Notes under the pieces: generated by a model
Database searches by the model: none
What the model saw: the letters and a program-made list of their open reading frames with translations, nothing else
Told to the model about the DNA's origin: nothing
Made by a program: the position numbers and the translations under genes
In this document: piece after piece, positions 23,570-35,951 of the stretch
Position numbering within the stretch: position 1 is the first letter of the stretch
Layout of the letters: each line of letters starts with the position of its first letter
Origin: Isurus oxyrinchus
Lineage: Eukaryota
Assembly: GCA_026770705.1 (NCBI GenBank)
Contig: JANJGN010000121.1
Location: 434,001-498,000, forward strand
Length of the DNA: 64,000 nt
Direction: 5' to 3'

Positions 23570-25165
23570 TAGGCAGGTGGAGATTATTCCATCACACTCC
23601 TGACCTGTGCCTTGAGGTTGATGGACAGGCTTTGGGGAGTCAGGAGATGAGTTACTCACCACAGGATTCCCAGCCTCTGGCCTGCTCTTGTAGTCACAGT
23701 GTTTATATGGCTAGTCCAGTTCAGTTTCTGGTCAACGTTAACCCCCAGCGTGTTGAGAGTGGGGGATTCAGCAATGGTGATGCCATTGGACATTAATGGG
23801 AGATGGATATATTCTCTCTGGTTGGAGATGGTCATTGCCTGGCACTTGTGTGGCATGAATGTTACTTGCCACTTGTCAGGCCAAGCCTGGATATTGTCAA
23901 GGTCTTGCTGCATTTGGACATGGACTGCTTCAGCATCTGATGAGTCATGAATGATGTTGAACGTTGTGCAATCATCAGCGACCTTCCATAATTCTGACCA
24001 TCTGATAGAATGAATGTCATTGATGAAGCAGCTGAAGATGGTTGGGCCTAGGACACTACACTGAGCAACTCCTGCAGTGATATCCTGGAACTGAGATGAC
24101 TGACCTCCAACAACCACAACCACCTTCCTTTGTACTTGGTATGAATCCAATGAGTGGAGAGTTTTCCCTGTGACATGACATGGCAGATGATGTGTGCTTG
24201 GTGCTCCAAATCCACAAGGGAAAATTGGTCATGCTATCACAATAGTTTTGCAATTTGTATTTATTATAAGAAGCGTGCACTGAATTCAGGAGTAATGAGA
24301 TGACCACAACCTTTAGAGATTTTAAAAATTGGATTAAGATATTTATTAACAAAATAAAAGATTTCAAGCACAGACATAATACCACAGTTAGTTACAGCTA
24401 AAATATATTCTCAAATTCCTAATTAACCTGACTCCCAGTTACAGAGCCCGTTTAATGCAACAGTCGAAAATAAGATTTTAGATTAAAAACAAATCCAGTG
24501 AGTTAACACAGCACACACTTGACAGTGGAATTCTAAATGGATTTCTCCAACTTTATTTACTGAACATAACAGACTTATGCACAAATGCCTGGAGGCTTCT
24601 TCAAGCCTGTTTCACACACTCCTGTTAGATCTTACATGGCCCCAACATAGCCTTTCATTCTCCTTTATACATGTTTCTCTCTCTTTGATGTGTAAATTCT
24701 TTGGAACTGTACCTTTCCCATAATATAAACTTTCATGTTGCCAATATTGTCAATGAAGTTTGGGTAAAATTAAAAAAAACTCCTTAGCTTTGCTTATTGG
24801 GCTTGTCCTAAACAGACCAACATCCCTTTGAAATCAAAACAACCCCTTCACACCTTACATGTTAACACAGCCTCCATGTGTTCTCATTAGCATTTCAAGT
24901 ACATTTCTACATCTAGCTTCTTTTGATAATCTCAAGCTTGCAGTCTACCTGACTCCAGATGTAATTAAACCACACAGACAGATCCATCTACACTCACACT
25001 CATAAACCTACTTTAAAACAAACCAGGAAAATATTAAGCAAATTATTATACTTTCGTACCACCCCTGATTCCCATTGACTCCAGTTATGCTCGGGCTCCT
25101 AGATGCCACACTCGGTCAAATGCAGCCATGATGTCAAAGGCAGTCATTCTCGTCTCACCTTGTAT
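23570..25165 (-). mobile_element. CR1/L2-group LINE RT fragment with nested solo LTR
   Basis: ORF 23656-24150 GVAQCSVLGPTIFSCFIND...ADD...QQDLDNIQAW. Confidence 0.85.
24169..25061 (-). mobile_element. Solo LTR (Gypsy-like), related to 44080-44908 and 51475-52201
   Basis: TG...CA-bounded AT-rich insert interrupting the LINE. Shares 3' blocks (ctgaattca; ttttcccttgtggattt) with the other copies. Confidence 0.65.
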
Positions 25166-25352
25166 TAACAGATGTAACATTATACATAATTCATAAGCTT
25201 CTCACAATCTTTGACAGCATGGAAAAAGGTGCAGCATTCAGAAAGCTCACTCAGAACCAATAAAAAAAAGTTGAGCAACATCATATTTCTGTTCATTACT
25301 ATTTGGCCATGTTGGCTGCACACACCCCACAGCCCCGCTCCCTGTTTCACAC

Positions 25353-25601
25353 TCAGTTTTTCTGGAACCTGATCTGTGCGTATTCCGTGTCCTCGCTCCT
25401 GTGCACAGTCCTGTCACCGCCGGGCAGCTTTGAAAAGTTGATGTTGGCGTAGAAAAGCTCGTCTGGTTTGTCGGAGTTCCCATGTCCAACATCGCCTCCC
25501 ACTGGACCTTCAGAGAGACCCCGGGGAGCTGGGGTCTCCCCCTCACTAGTTGTGTCTCTGGTTGTGTTCCGGGGCTCAGTAATCAGCACGTTCTGTTTAC
25601 C
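25353..25601 (-). CDS. Gene B last exon: ITIM (LFYANI) and distal ITIM-like motif (TEYAQI)
   Basis: GKQNVLITEPR...PDELFYANINFSKLP...EDTEYAQIRFQKN*; acceptor tctctgtag. Confidence 0.9.
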   Translation of the reverse strand, partial: GKQNVLITEPRNTTRDTTSEGETPAPRGLSEGPVGGDVGHGNSDKPDELFYANINFSKLPGGDRTVHRSEDTEYAQIRFQKN

Positions 25602-26620
25602 CTACAGAGAAATGGAAACAGAAGACATCCTCACATCATTTACTGGCACTGATAGGGTTAAATTATTGTGCAGCCTCATTAGTGTCAGTCGTGTCTCAGT
25701 GGGTTTAAGCCTTTTTTCACTCTCTTTCTCTGTCTCTCTTTCTCTCTCGCTTTCTCTCTCTCTTTATAATTTAATCTCTATCACACTCCAACAGTGCAGC
25801 ACTCCCTCAATACTGACCCTCTGACAGTGCAGCACTCCCTCAATACTGACCCTCTGACAGTGCAGCACTCCCTCAATACTGACCCTCCGACAATGCAGTA
25901 CTCCCTCAGTACTGACTCTCTGACAGTGCAGCACTCCCTCAGTACTGACCCTCCAACAGTGCAGCACTCCCTCAATACTGACCCTCTGACAGTGCAGCAC
26001 TCCCTCAATACTGACCCTCTGACAGTGCAGCACTCCCTCAGTACTGACCCTCTGACAGTGCAGCACTCCCTCACTACTGACCCTCCGACAGTGCAGCACT
26101 CCCTCAGTACTGACTCTCTGACAGTGCAGCACTCCCTCAGTACTGACCCGCTGACAGTGCAGCACTTCCTCAGTACTGATCATCCGACAGTGCAGCACTC
26201 CCTCAGTACTGACCCTCCGACAGTGCAGCACTCCCTCAGTAATGACACTCTGACAGTGCACAACTCCCTCAGTACTGACCCTCCGACAGTGCAGCACTCC
26301 CTCAGTACTGACCCTCCGACAGTGCAGCACTCCCTCAGTACTGACACTCTGACATTGCAGCACTCCCTCAGTACTGACCCTCCGACAGTGTAGCACTCCC
26401 TCACTACTGACATCAGGTGCCTTGTCATTATTGTGTTCAGATTTCTGGTCAAAGAGCGAGTGATGGAGGGTGACAGCGGCTGGGAGCGAGAGACAGTGCT
26501 GACCACTGAGCCATTGCTTCACAGGGAGATATCTGTGTGTAACCCGGCTGGGAATCTGGGACACGTGTTGTCTACACACTGAGGTTGAAGCTTTGAAGTG
26601 AGTGTAAACAGCTCCTGTAC

Positions 26621-26702
26621 CTGGTGCTTCACAGAGAGTGACCTGGGGTTCAATGCAATGTCACTGGTCCCTGAAACTCTCTCCTGCGTCGCTGTCTTTC
26701 TC
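26621..26702 (-). CDS. Gene B cytoplasmic exon 1
   Basis: 82 nt, phase 2-0, (K)RKTATQERVSGTSDIALNPRSLSVKHQ|gtacag; paralogous to 52337-52418. Confidence 0.85.
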
Positions 26703-27582
26703 CTGCAATAACACAATATCACACTGTGGTTATCATATAGCTGAGAGTCAGTGCAGCACAGACACAGAGCCCACTGTAACCGTACAGCAACGGCTGGACT
26801 GTCTCTAGTTCCAATAAGGGGTATCAGCGTGACATCACTATAATGGAAGTGTGTCATGTGATCCAATCTCAGTTTGACATTTGCTTTGAGCAGAGCACAC
26901 ACTCACAGCTCTGATGCCTTCAATCTTTCTCCATATGTATAACTGTTCTCGTGCCGAGTCTTGATAAACAAATCATTAACATTCTCACCAAATCCCCTAT
27001 GAGTGATTGGTGTTTTCTGTCTTATACAGTAAATAAGCCTAAGGTATAATATCATTATAATGACACGCCATATCTTTGACCCCCCCCTCCACCCCTGCTC
27101 TTCCCCCCATAGCCCTTCAAATGTTCCCCCTTCAAGTATTTATCCAATTCCCCTTTTGAAAGATCCTATTGAATCTGCTTCCACCGCCCTTTCAGGCAGC
27201 ACCTTCCAGATCACAGCAACTGATTATTATTCATCTGGATAACGGGCAATGAAAAACACTCTCTGGATCATAAGGGACAAAAGAGACCAGTTACGGAGAG
27301 GCATCTGGCGCTTAACACAAGGGAAACAATCACCGACTTCAGGAAAGAACATTGAAGCAAATATCAATCCAGGAGTAATCGTGCAGAGTGAGGAATCTCT
27401 GAGTCTCGTGATTGTTTACCTGGATACAGGACAATGAAAGGTTCTCTCCGGATCAGAGTGGACACAGGGATCACTTACAGAGAGGGACCTGGTGCTGATC
27501 CCAAGGGAAACAATCACCGACTTAAGGAAAGAACATTGAAGCAAATGTTTATATTAAAATCAAGTTAAATCTTCAGACTTAC

Positions 27583-27679
27583 TTTCTCACACAGATGAAG
27601 ATGAAGATTCCAGCCAGGAAAACACTCAACATGATCCCAGCCGTGAACAATCCTACTGTCCATTTACTGGAGTCTCTAC
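27583..27679 (-). CDS. Gene B transmembrane exon
   Basis: 97 nt, phase 1-2, RDSSKWTVGLFTAGIMLSVFLAGIFIFICVRK|gtaagt; uncharged TM. Confidence 0.9.
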
Positions 27680-28234
27680 CTGTAAAAACAGCCATTAATT
27701 ACTGCACTACAGGTTTACAATGATGCTCCGATGTATCTCGAGAAGCGATACACTCACTCAGTGTCTAAATACTCATTCTCGGGCAATGCTGACATTTATT
27801 GTCCATCCCTAGTTTCCCCTTGAGAAGGTGGTGGGGAGTCTTCCTCCTGAACCACTGGTTTGTCCCAAACTGGGAGACCAGTTCAGAGGGCAGGTGTGAG
27901 TTAACCATGTTGGTGTCTGAGACTGGAGTCACATCCACATCGAGACATGCTTCCCTCCCTTAAAGGGTATGTAGTCTCTACACATGTAACAACCAACCTC
28001 ATTGAAATAATCAACTATCAGGTCATTATCACACGGTGGTTTGCGGGATCTTGCTGTGCACAAATCAGTACCTGTGTTTCCTACATTACAAAAGTGTGCT
28101 TACTTCGATAATGCTTCATTGGCTGTTGAATGTTTAGTAATTTCTAAGCAATTTATGAATACAGGTGTTGCATTTCAAAGTAATCCATGTAACATTTATA
28201 TATATTTATCAATTAAAGAATGAGAAGTTCAGCA

Positions 28235-28440
28235 ATTAAAAGGGTTGTTCAGGACAGTTAGAGAGAGAAAGGTCGTCAAGTACGGAGATTGGAAACGAAG
28301 ACCTGACAGCCTTGTCCTCACAACCATTGAAGGAGAAACTGAGAGCAAAAACAGAAAGGGAGAGGAAAAATTGGGTGTGTGGATAACGTGGACTGAGCGA
28401 GGATTGAAGAAAACTGGATTAAAAACAACACGATCCCAAT
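28235..28440 (+). mobile_element. RTE-clade LINE 3' remnant (paralogous copy at 56603-56880)
   Basis: RERKVVKYGDWKRRPDSLVLTTIEG. The longer copy begins MLRISWMDRKTNEW, typical of the RTE C-terminus. Confidence 0.7.
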
Positions 28441-28481
28441 GGCTCCACGGAGACAACAAACAAATGTATCTCCACACTCAC

Positions 28482-28763
28482 ATTCCACAGTGATGGTTAT
28501 GAACCCCTCCACTGCTCCATGTTCATTCTCTGCCACACACTGATAGTCTCCAGTGTCCCTGGATGTAACGTGAGGAATCACCAACCACAGCTCATTGTTG
28601 GAACTTGTTCTGTTCATTGGGACATTAAGATGTCGCCACGTCAGGTTAGAAGCTGGGAAGCTCTCGACAGAGCAGATTATCATTGTAGAATTCCCCTCAA
28701 TTATATTGATCGATGAAGCGTTAATCATATCAAGAGAAGTAAATGAGAGATTCTGTGGAGCAT
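28482..28763 (-). CDS. Gene B tandem C2-set Ig exon, unit 8
   Basis: 282 nt, phase 1-1, DAPQNLSF...CSVESFPASNLTW...DTGDYQCVAENEHG...ITVE. Confidence 0.9.
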
Positions 28764-29453
28764 CTAAGAACAAATCAAGTGTTTAAAAGTGAGCAAGCAC
28801 AGTTTACAGCAAGACTCCATGCATCATCTCTCTGTATCTGATGTCTGTATGCATAGCCAGGTCCCTCCACTCCATATAACTTCCATTGTCAAATTTATAG
28901 TGGGCACTGCCTATGTAAACAGTCAAACTGCAGTTACATTCTCCCACCAGTAGAGGTGCTGTCCACCTAGAATGAAAGAAACTTTCACATCCTCAGGATA
29001 TACCCAAGGGCTTGACAGGCAATGATTGTATTTGATTGATGGAGCACTGAGGGGTAAATCTACAATTCTCTGTTCAGGAGGTTGCTCATCCAATTCAGGG
29101 TCTTGTTGATCTGGAGTTTACCTTCCTTCAACACAGAATCGGAGCTGATACCGAGACTCCAGTGCAGCACTGAGAGAGGACAGGGAACTCACACATGTGT
29201 TTGTGTTTGTGTGTTTTAGTGTGTTTGTGTTTCTGCACAAGAGAGTATGTTTATGTGTGCGTGTGTGTATGTGTTTGTGCATGTGTGCGTGTGCCTGTTT
29301 GTATACATCTGTGCATGAGTGAGTGTGTGCATGTGTATGTCTATGTGTGTGCACATGTGATTGTGTGTGTGAGTTGAGTGTGTGTGTGTTTCTGTGTATG
29401 TGTTTCAACATGCATCACTGTGTGTGTAAGTGTGCGTGTATGTGTCTACACAT

Positions 29454-29492
<39 letters not shown>

Positions 29493-29518
29493 TGATGTTG
29501 AAGTTTGCAGTAACTCAC

Positions 29519-29800
29519 GTTCCACAGTGATGGTTATGAACCCCTCCACTGCTCCATGTTCATTCTCTGCCACACACTGATAGTCTCCAGTGTCCCTGGA
29601 TGTAACGTGAGGAATCACCAACCACAGCTCATTGTTGGAACTTGTTCTGTTCATTGGGACATTAAGATGTCGCCACGTCAGGTTAGAAGCTGGGAAGCTC
29701 TCGACAGAGCAGATTATCACTGCAGCATTCCCCTCAATTATCTTGATCGATGAAGCGTTAATCATATCAAGAGAAGTAATTGATGGGTTCCGTGGTGCAT
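29519..29800 (-). CDS. Gene B tandem C2-set Ig exon, unit 7
   Basis: 282 nt, AG/GT intact, open frame. Confidence 0.9.
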
Positions 29801-30786
29801 CTAAATACAAATAAAGGTTTCATTGTGAGCAAACACAGTGCACAGCAAGACTCCATGATACATCTCTCTCTATTTGGTGTCTATGTGCATTTCAAGGTTT
29901 CTTTCCTGTTTTAAGTTCCTATGTCAACTTTTATAATGGTCACTGCCAGCGTTTTTCTTTTTGTACATTCATGGGAAGTGGATGTATCTATCTAGACCAG
30001 CATTTATTACCCATCCCTAATTGCCCTTGAGGAGGTGGTGGTGAGTTTTTCACCGCCACAGAATTCCCAGCCTCTGACCGGCTCCTATAGCCACAGTTTT
30101 ATTGACCGGTCCAGTTAGTTGTTTGGTTAACACCCCCCAGGATGTTGATCGTGGGGGATTCAGTGATAGTAAACTCACTGAACATCAAGGGGAGATGGTT
30201 AGATTCTCTCTTGTTGGACATGTTCACTGCCTGGTACTTGTGATGCATTAATTCTCATTTCTCAGCCCAAGCTGAGTGTTATTCAGCTCTTGCTGCATGT
30301 GGATATGTAAACTGTCACGCTGTAATTACAGCCTTCCACCAGAGGAGACACTGTTGGGCTAGAAGAAAAGAAAATGTCTTTCACATCATCAGGAGGTTCA
30401 CAGGGATTTGACAGTGGAGGAATTGCTTTAGAATAATGGGGTATTGAGTGATAAACCTACAATTCTCTGTGCAGGGGGCTGCTCGTCCAATACAGGGTCT
30501 TGTTCAGCTGATGTCGTCAGTGTTTCAGAGCAGAATCTGGAGCAACACTCCAGTGCAGCACAGGGAGAAGAGACAACTCACACATGTCTGTGTGTGTGTG
30601 AGCAAGCACACGTGTGATTCTGTGTATGTTTCCTTCTGTGTGTGTGAGCATGCAGGTGTACACACCTGTGCACATGTGGGATTGCACATGAATGCTTGTT
30701 TGTGTGCACGTGTCTGTGTGTGTGTGTGTATGTGTGTGTGTGTGTGTGTGTATGTGAGAGTAATGTTGAAGTTTGTGTTAACTCAC

Positions 30787-31068
30787 GTTCCACAGTGATG
30801 GTTAGGAACTCCTCCACTGCTCCATGTTCATTCTCTGCCACACACTGATCGTCTCCAGTGTCCCTGGATGTAACGTGAGGAATCACCAACCACAGCTCAT
30901 TGTTGGAACCTGTTCTGTTCATTGGGACATTAAGATGTCGCCACGTCAGGTTAGAAGCTGGGAAGCTCTCGACAGAGCAGATTATCTCTGCAGAATTCCG
31001 CTCAATTATATTGATCGATGAAGCATTAATCATATCAAGAGAATTAATTGAGAGATTCAGTGGAGCAT
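30787..31068 (-). CDS. Gene B tandem C2-set Ig exon, unit 6 (DTGDDQC variant)
   Basis: 282 nt, open; Tyr-corner Y replaced by D. Confidence 0.88.
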
Positions 31069-31776
31069 CTAAAAACAAATAAAGATTTTAATGTGAGCAA
31101 GCAGCGTGCACAGCAAGACTCCATGCATCATCTCTCTGTATCTGATGTCTGTATGCATTTCCAGATACCTTCCCTCCATATAACTTCCACTGTCAAATTT
31201 ATAATGGGCACTGCCTATGTAAACAGTCAAACTACAGTTACATTCTCCCACCAGTAGAGGCGCTGTCCACCTAGAATGAAAGAAACTTCCTTGCACATCC
31301 TCAGGATTTTGCCAAGGGCTTGACAGGCAATGAATTGCATTTGATCGATGGAGCTCTGAGGGGCAAACCTACAATTCTCTGTTCAGGAGGTTGCTCCATC
31401 CAATTCAGGATCTTGTTGATCTGGAGTTTACCTTCCTTCAACACAGAATCGGAGCTGATACCAAGACTCCAGTGCAGCCCTGAGAGAGGAGAGGGACCTC
31501 ATGCGTGCGTATGTGTGTGTTTGTGTTTCTGCACAAGTGAGTGTGTTTGTGTGTGTATGCACGCATGTGTCTGTGTGTGCGTGTGTGTATGTGTTTTGCA
31601 TATGTTTGTGTGTCTTTGTGTATACGTCTGTGCATGAGTGAACGTGAGTGCATGTGTATGTCTATATGTGTGCCTGTGTGAGTGTGTGCGTGTGAGTTGA
31701 GTGTATGTGTGTTTCTGTGTATGTTTTTGCACGTGTATGACTGTGTGTGTAAATGTGCACGTATGTGTCTACACAT

Positions 31777-31833
<57 letters not shown>

Positions 31834-31876
31834 TGTGTGCGTGTGTGAGAGAGATGTTGAGTTGGCATTAACTCAC

Positions 31877-32158
31877 GTTCCACAGTGATGGTTATGAACC
31901 CCTCCACTGCTCCATGTTCATTCTCTGCCACACACTGATAGTCTCCAGTGTCCCTGGATGTAACGTGAGGAATCACCAACCACAGCTCATTGTTGGAACT
32001 TGTTCTGTTCATTGGGACATTAAGATGTCGCCACGTCAGGTTAGAAGCTGGGAAGCTCTCGACAGAGCAGATTATCACTGCAGAATTCCCCTCAATTATA
32101 TTGATCGATGAAGCGTTAATCATATCAAGAGAATTAATTGAGAGATTCAATGGTGCAT
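31877..32158 (-). CDS. Gene B tandem C2-set Ig exon, unit 5
   Basis: 282 nt, AG/GT intact, open frame. Confidence 0.9.
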
Positions 32159-32846
32159 CTATATATATATAGAAAGATTTTAACGTGAGCAACAGAGTGC
32201 ACAAGACTCCATGCATCATATCTCTGTATCTGATATCTGAATGCATTTCCAGGTAACTTCCCTCAGGATAAGGTCTTATGGCACATTTATAATTGACACT
32301 GCCTATGTAAACTGTCACACTGCAATTGCATTCTCCCACCAGCAGAGGTGTTGCCCATCTAGAATGAAAGAAGTTTGCTTTCACATCCTCAGGATTTCGC
32401 AAAGGGCTGGACAGGCAATTAATTGTATTTGATCGATGGAGCACTGAGGGGTAAATCTACCATTCTCTGTTCAGGATTTTGCTCATCCAATTCAGGGTCT
32501 TGTTGATCTGGAGTTTACCTTCCTTCAACACAGAATCGGAACTCATACTAAGACTCCAGTGCAGCACTGAGAGAGGACAGGGAACTCACGCGTGTGTATG
32601 TGTGTGTTTGTGTTACTGCACATGTGAGTGTGTTTGTGTGTGTATGCACACATGTATCTGTGTGTGTGCATGCGCGTGTGTCTGTGTGTCTACGTCTGTC
32701 CATGAGTCAGAGTATGTGCATGTGTGTGTCTATGTGTGGGCATGAATATGTGTGTGTTTGAGATGGGTGTGTATTTTCCTGTGTATGTGTTTGTACGTGT
32801 ATGACTGTGTGTGTATAATTATGCATGTGTGTGCTTACACACGTGT

Positions 32847-32887
<41 letters not shown>

Positions 32888-32945
32888 TGTGTGTGTGTGT
32901 GTGTGTGCGTGCGTGTGAGTGATGTTGAAGTTTGCGTTAACTCAC

Positions 32946-33227
32946 ATTCCACAGTGATGGTTATGAACCCCTCCACTGCTCCATGTTCATTCTCTGCCAC
33001 ACACTGATAGTCTCCAGTGTCCCTGGATGTAACGTGAGGAATCACCAACCACAGCTCATTGTTGGAACTTGTTCTGTTCATTGGGACATTAAGATGTCGC
33101 CACGTCAGGTTAGAAGCTGGGAAGCTCTCGACAGAGCAGATTATCACTGCAGAATTCTCCTCAATTATATTGATCGATGAAGCGTTAATCATATCAAGAG
33201 AATGAATTGAGAGATTCTGTGGGGCAT
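32946..33227 (-). CDS. Gene B tandem C2-set Ig exon, unit 4
   Basis: 282 nt, AG/GT intact, open frame. Confidence 0.9.
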
Positions 33228-33976
33228 CTAAAAACAAATAAAGATTTTAATGTGAGCAAGCAGCATGCACAGCAAGACTCCATGCATCATCTCTCTGTAT
33301 CTGATGTTGGAATGCATTTCCAGGTACCTTCCCTCAGGAAAAAATACTGTCACATTTATAATGGGCACTTCCTATGTAAACTGTCACACTGCAGTTGCAT
33401 TCTCCCACCAGCAGAGTTGCTGTCCACCTAGAATGAAACAAACATCCTTTAACACTCTCAAGATGCCCCCAAGGGATTGAAAGCCCGTGAATTGTATTTG
33501 ATCGATGGAGCACTGAGGGGTAAATCTACAATTCACTGTTCAGGAGGTTGCTCCATCCAATTCAGGGTCTTGCTGATCTGGAGTTTACCTTCCTTCAACA
33601 CAGAATCAGAGCTGATACCAAGACTCCAGTGCAGCACTGAGAGAGGAGAGGGAGCTCACACTTGTGTGTGTGTGTGTGTATTTCTGCACAAGTGAGTTTG
33701 TATTTGTGTGTATGCGCGTGTTTGTCTGCGCATGTGTGGGCACGCGTGTGTATGTGGGTCTTGTGTGTATATCTGTGCTTGAGTGAGTGTGTGTGTATAC
33801 GTGTGTCTACGTGTGCGCATGAATGATTGTACGTGTGAGTTGAGTTTGTGTGTGTTTCTGTGTATGTGTTTGAACGTATGTTTGTGTGTAAGCGTGCATG
33901 TTTGTGTCTACACATGAGTGTTTTTGCATGTGTGTCTGTGTTTGTGTGTGTGATGTTGAAGTCTGTGTGCACTCAC

Positions 33977-34258
33977 ATTCCACAGTGATGGTTATGAATC
34001 CCTCCACTGCTCCATGTTCATTCTCTGCCACACACAGATAGTCTCCAGTGTCCCTGGATGTAACGTGAGGAATCACCAACCACAGCTCATTGTTGGAACT
34101 TGTTCTGTTCATTGGGACATTAAGATGTCGCCACGTCAGGTTAGAAGATGGGAAGCTCTCGACAGAGCAGATTATCACTGCAGAATTCCCCTCAATTATA
34201 TTGATCGATGAAGCATTAATCATTTCAAGCGAAGTAAATGTGAGATCCTGTGGTGCAT
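33977..34258 (-). CDS. Gene B tandem C2-set Ig exon, unit 3
   Basis: 282 nt, AG/GT intact, open frame. Confidence 0.9.
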
Positions 34259-34847
34259 CTAAAAACAAATCAAGTGTTTAATGTGAGCAAGCTCAATTTA
34301 CAGCAAGACTCCATGCATCATCTCTCTGTAACTGATGTCTGTATGCAATTCCGGGTACCTTCCCTCCTTATAACTTCCACTGTCAAATTTATAATGGACA
34401 CTGCCTATGTAAACAGTCAAACTGCAGTTACATTCTCCCACCAGTAGAGGTGCTGTTCACCTAGAATGAAAGAAACTTTCACATCCTCAGGATTTTGCCA
34501 AGGGATTTACGGGAATGAATTGTATTTGATCGATGGAGTACTGAGGAGTAAATCTACAATTCTCTGTTGCTCATCCAATTCAGGGTCTTGCTGATCTGGA
34601 GTTTACCTTCCTTCAACACAGAATCAGAGCTGATACCAAGACTCCAGTGCGGCACTGAGAGAGGAGAGGGACCTCATGTGTGTGTATGTGTTTGTGTTTA
34701 TGTTTCTGCACAAGTGAGTGTGTTTGTGTGAGTATGCACGCATGCGTCTGTGTGTGCGTGTGTGTGTGTTTGCGCATATGTGAGTGTGTCTTTGTGTATA
34801 TTTCTGTGCATGAGTGAATGTGTGTGTATGTTTATGAGTATGTGTGT

Positions 34848-34880
<33 letters not shown>

Positions 34881-34904
34881 ATGTTGAAGTTTGCAGTAAC
34901 TCAC

Positions 34905-35186
34905 ATTCCACAGTGATGGTTATGAACCCCTCCACTGCTCCATGTTCATTCTCTGCCACACACTGATAGTCTCCAGTGTCCCTGGATGTCACGTGAGGAA
35001 TCACCAACCACAGCTCATTGTTGGAATTTGTTCCGTTCATTGGGACATTAAGATGTCGCCACGTCAGGTTAGAAGCTGGGAAGCTCTCGACAGAGCAGAT
35101 TATCACTGCAGAATTCCCCTCAATTACATCAATCGATAAAGCGTTAATCACACCAAGAGAAGTAATTGAGAGATTCCGTGGTGCAT
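34905..35186 (-). CDS. Gene B tandem C2-set Ig exon, unit 2
   Basis: 282 nt, AG/GT intact, open frame. Confidence 0.9.
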
Positions 35187-35786
35187 CTATAAACACAGAA
35201 AGATTTTAATATGAGCAAATATAGTGCACAGTAAGACTCCATGCATCATGTCTCTGTGTCTGATGTCTGAATGCATTTCCAGGTACATTCCCTCAGGATA
35301 AGAACTTATTTCACATTTACAACGGGCACTGCCTATGTAAACTGTCACACTGCAGTTACATTCTCCCACCAGTGGAGGTGTCCATCTAGAATGCAGGAAA
35401 CTCCCTTTCAGATCCTCAGGATGTCCGCAAGGGCTTCAAAGGCAATGAATTGTATTTGATCGATGGAGCACTGAGGGGTAAATCTACAATTCACTGTTCA
35501 GGAGGTTGCTCCATGCAGTTCAGTGTCTTGATGATCTGGAGTTTACCTTCCTTCAGCACAGATTCGGAGCTGATACTGAGATTCCAGTGCAGCACTGGGA
35601 GAGGAGAAGGAACCCACATGTTTTTGTGTGTGTATGTGTGTGTTGGCTTGTGTGTGTATGTTTCTGTAAAATAAGGATCTGTGTGTGTGCACGCACTCAT
35701 GTGTGTTTGTGTGTGTGTGCGCACATGTGTCTGTCTATGCATGTGTGTGTGTGTGCTTGTGTGAGTTGAGATTGTGTATGTTTCTG

Positions 35787-35828
<42 letters not shown>

Positions 35829-35858
35829 GGAGTGATGTTGAAGTTTGCATTAACTCAC

Positions 35859-35951
35859 ATTCCACAGTGATGGTTATGAACCCCTCAATTATATTGATCG
35901 ATGAAGCATTAATCATATCAAGCGAAGTAAATGAGAGATTCTGTGGTGCAT
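35859..35951 (-). CDS. Gene B C2 unit 1, internally deleted in frame (93 nt)
   Basis: DAPQNLSFTSLDMINASSINIIEG/FITITVE: 189 nt missing, both splice sites kept. Confidence 0.75.
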
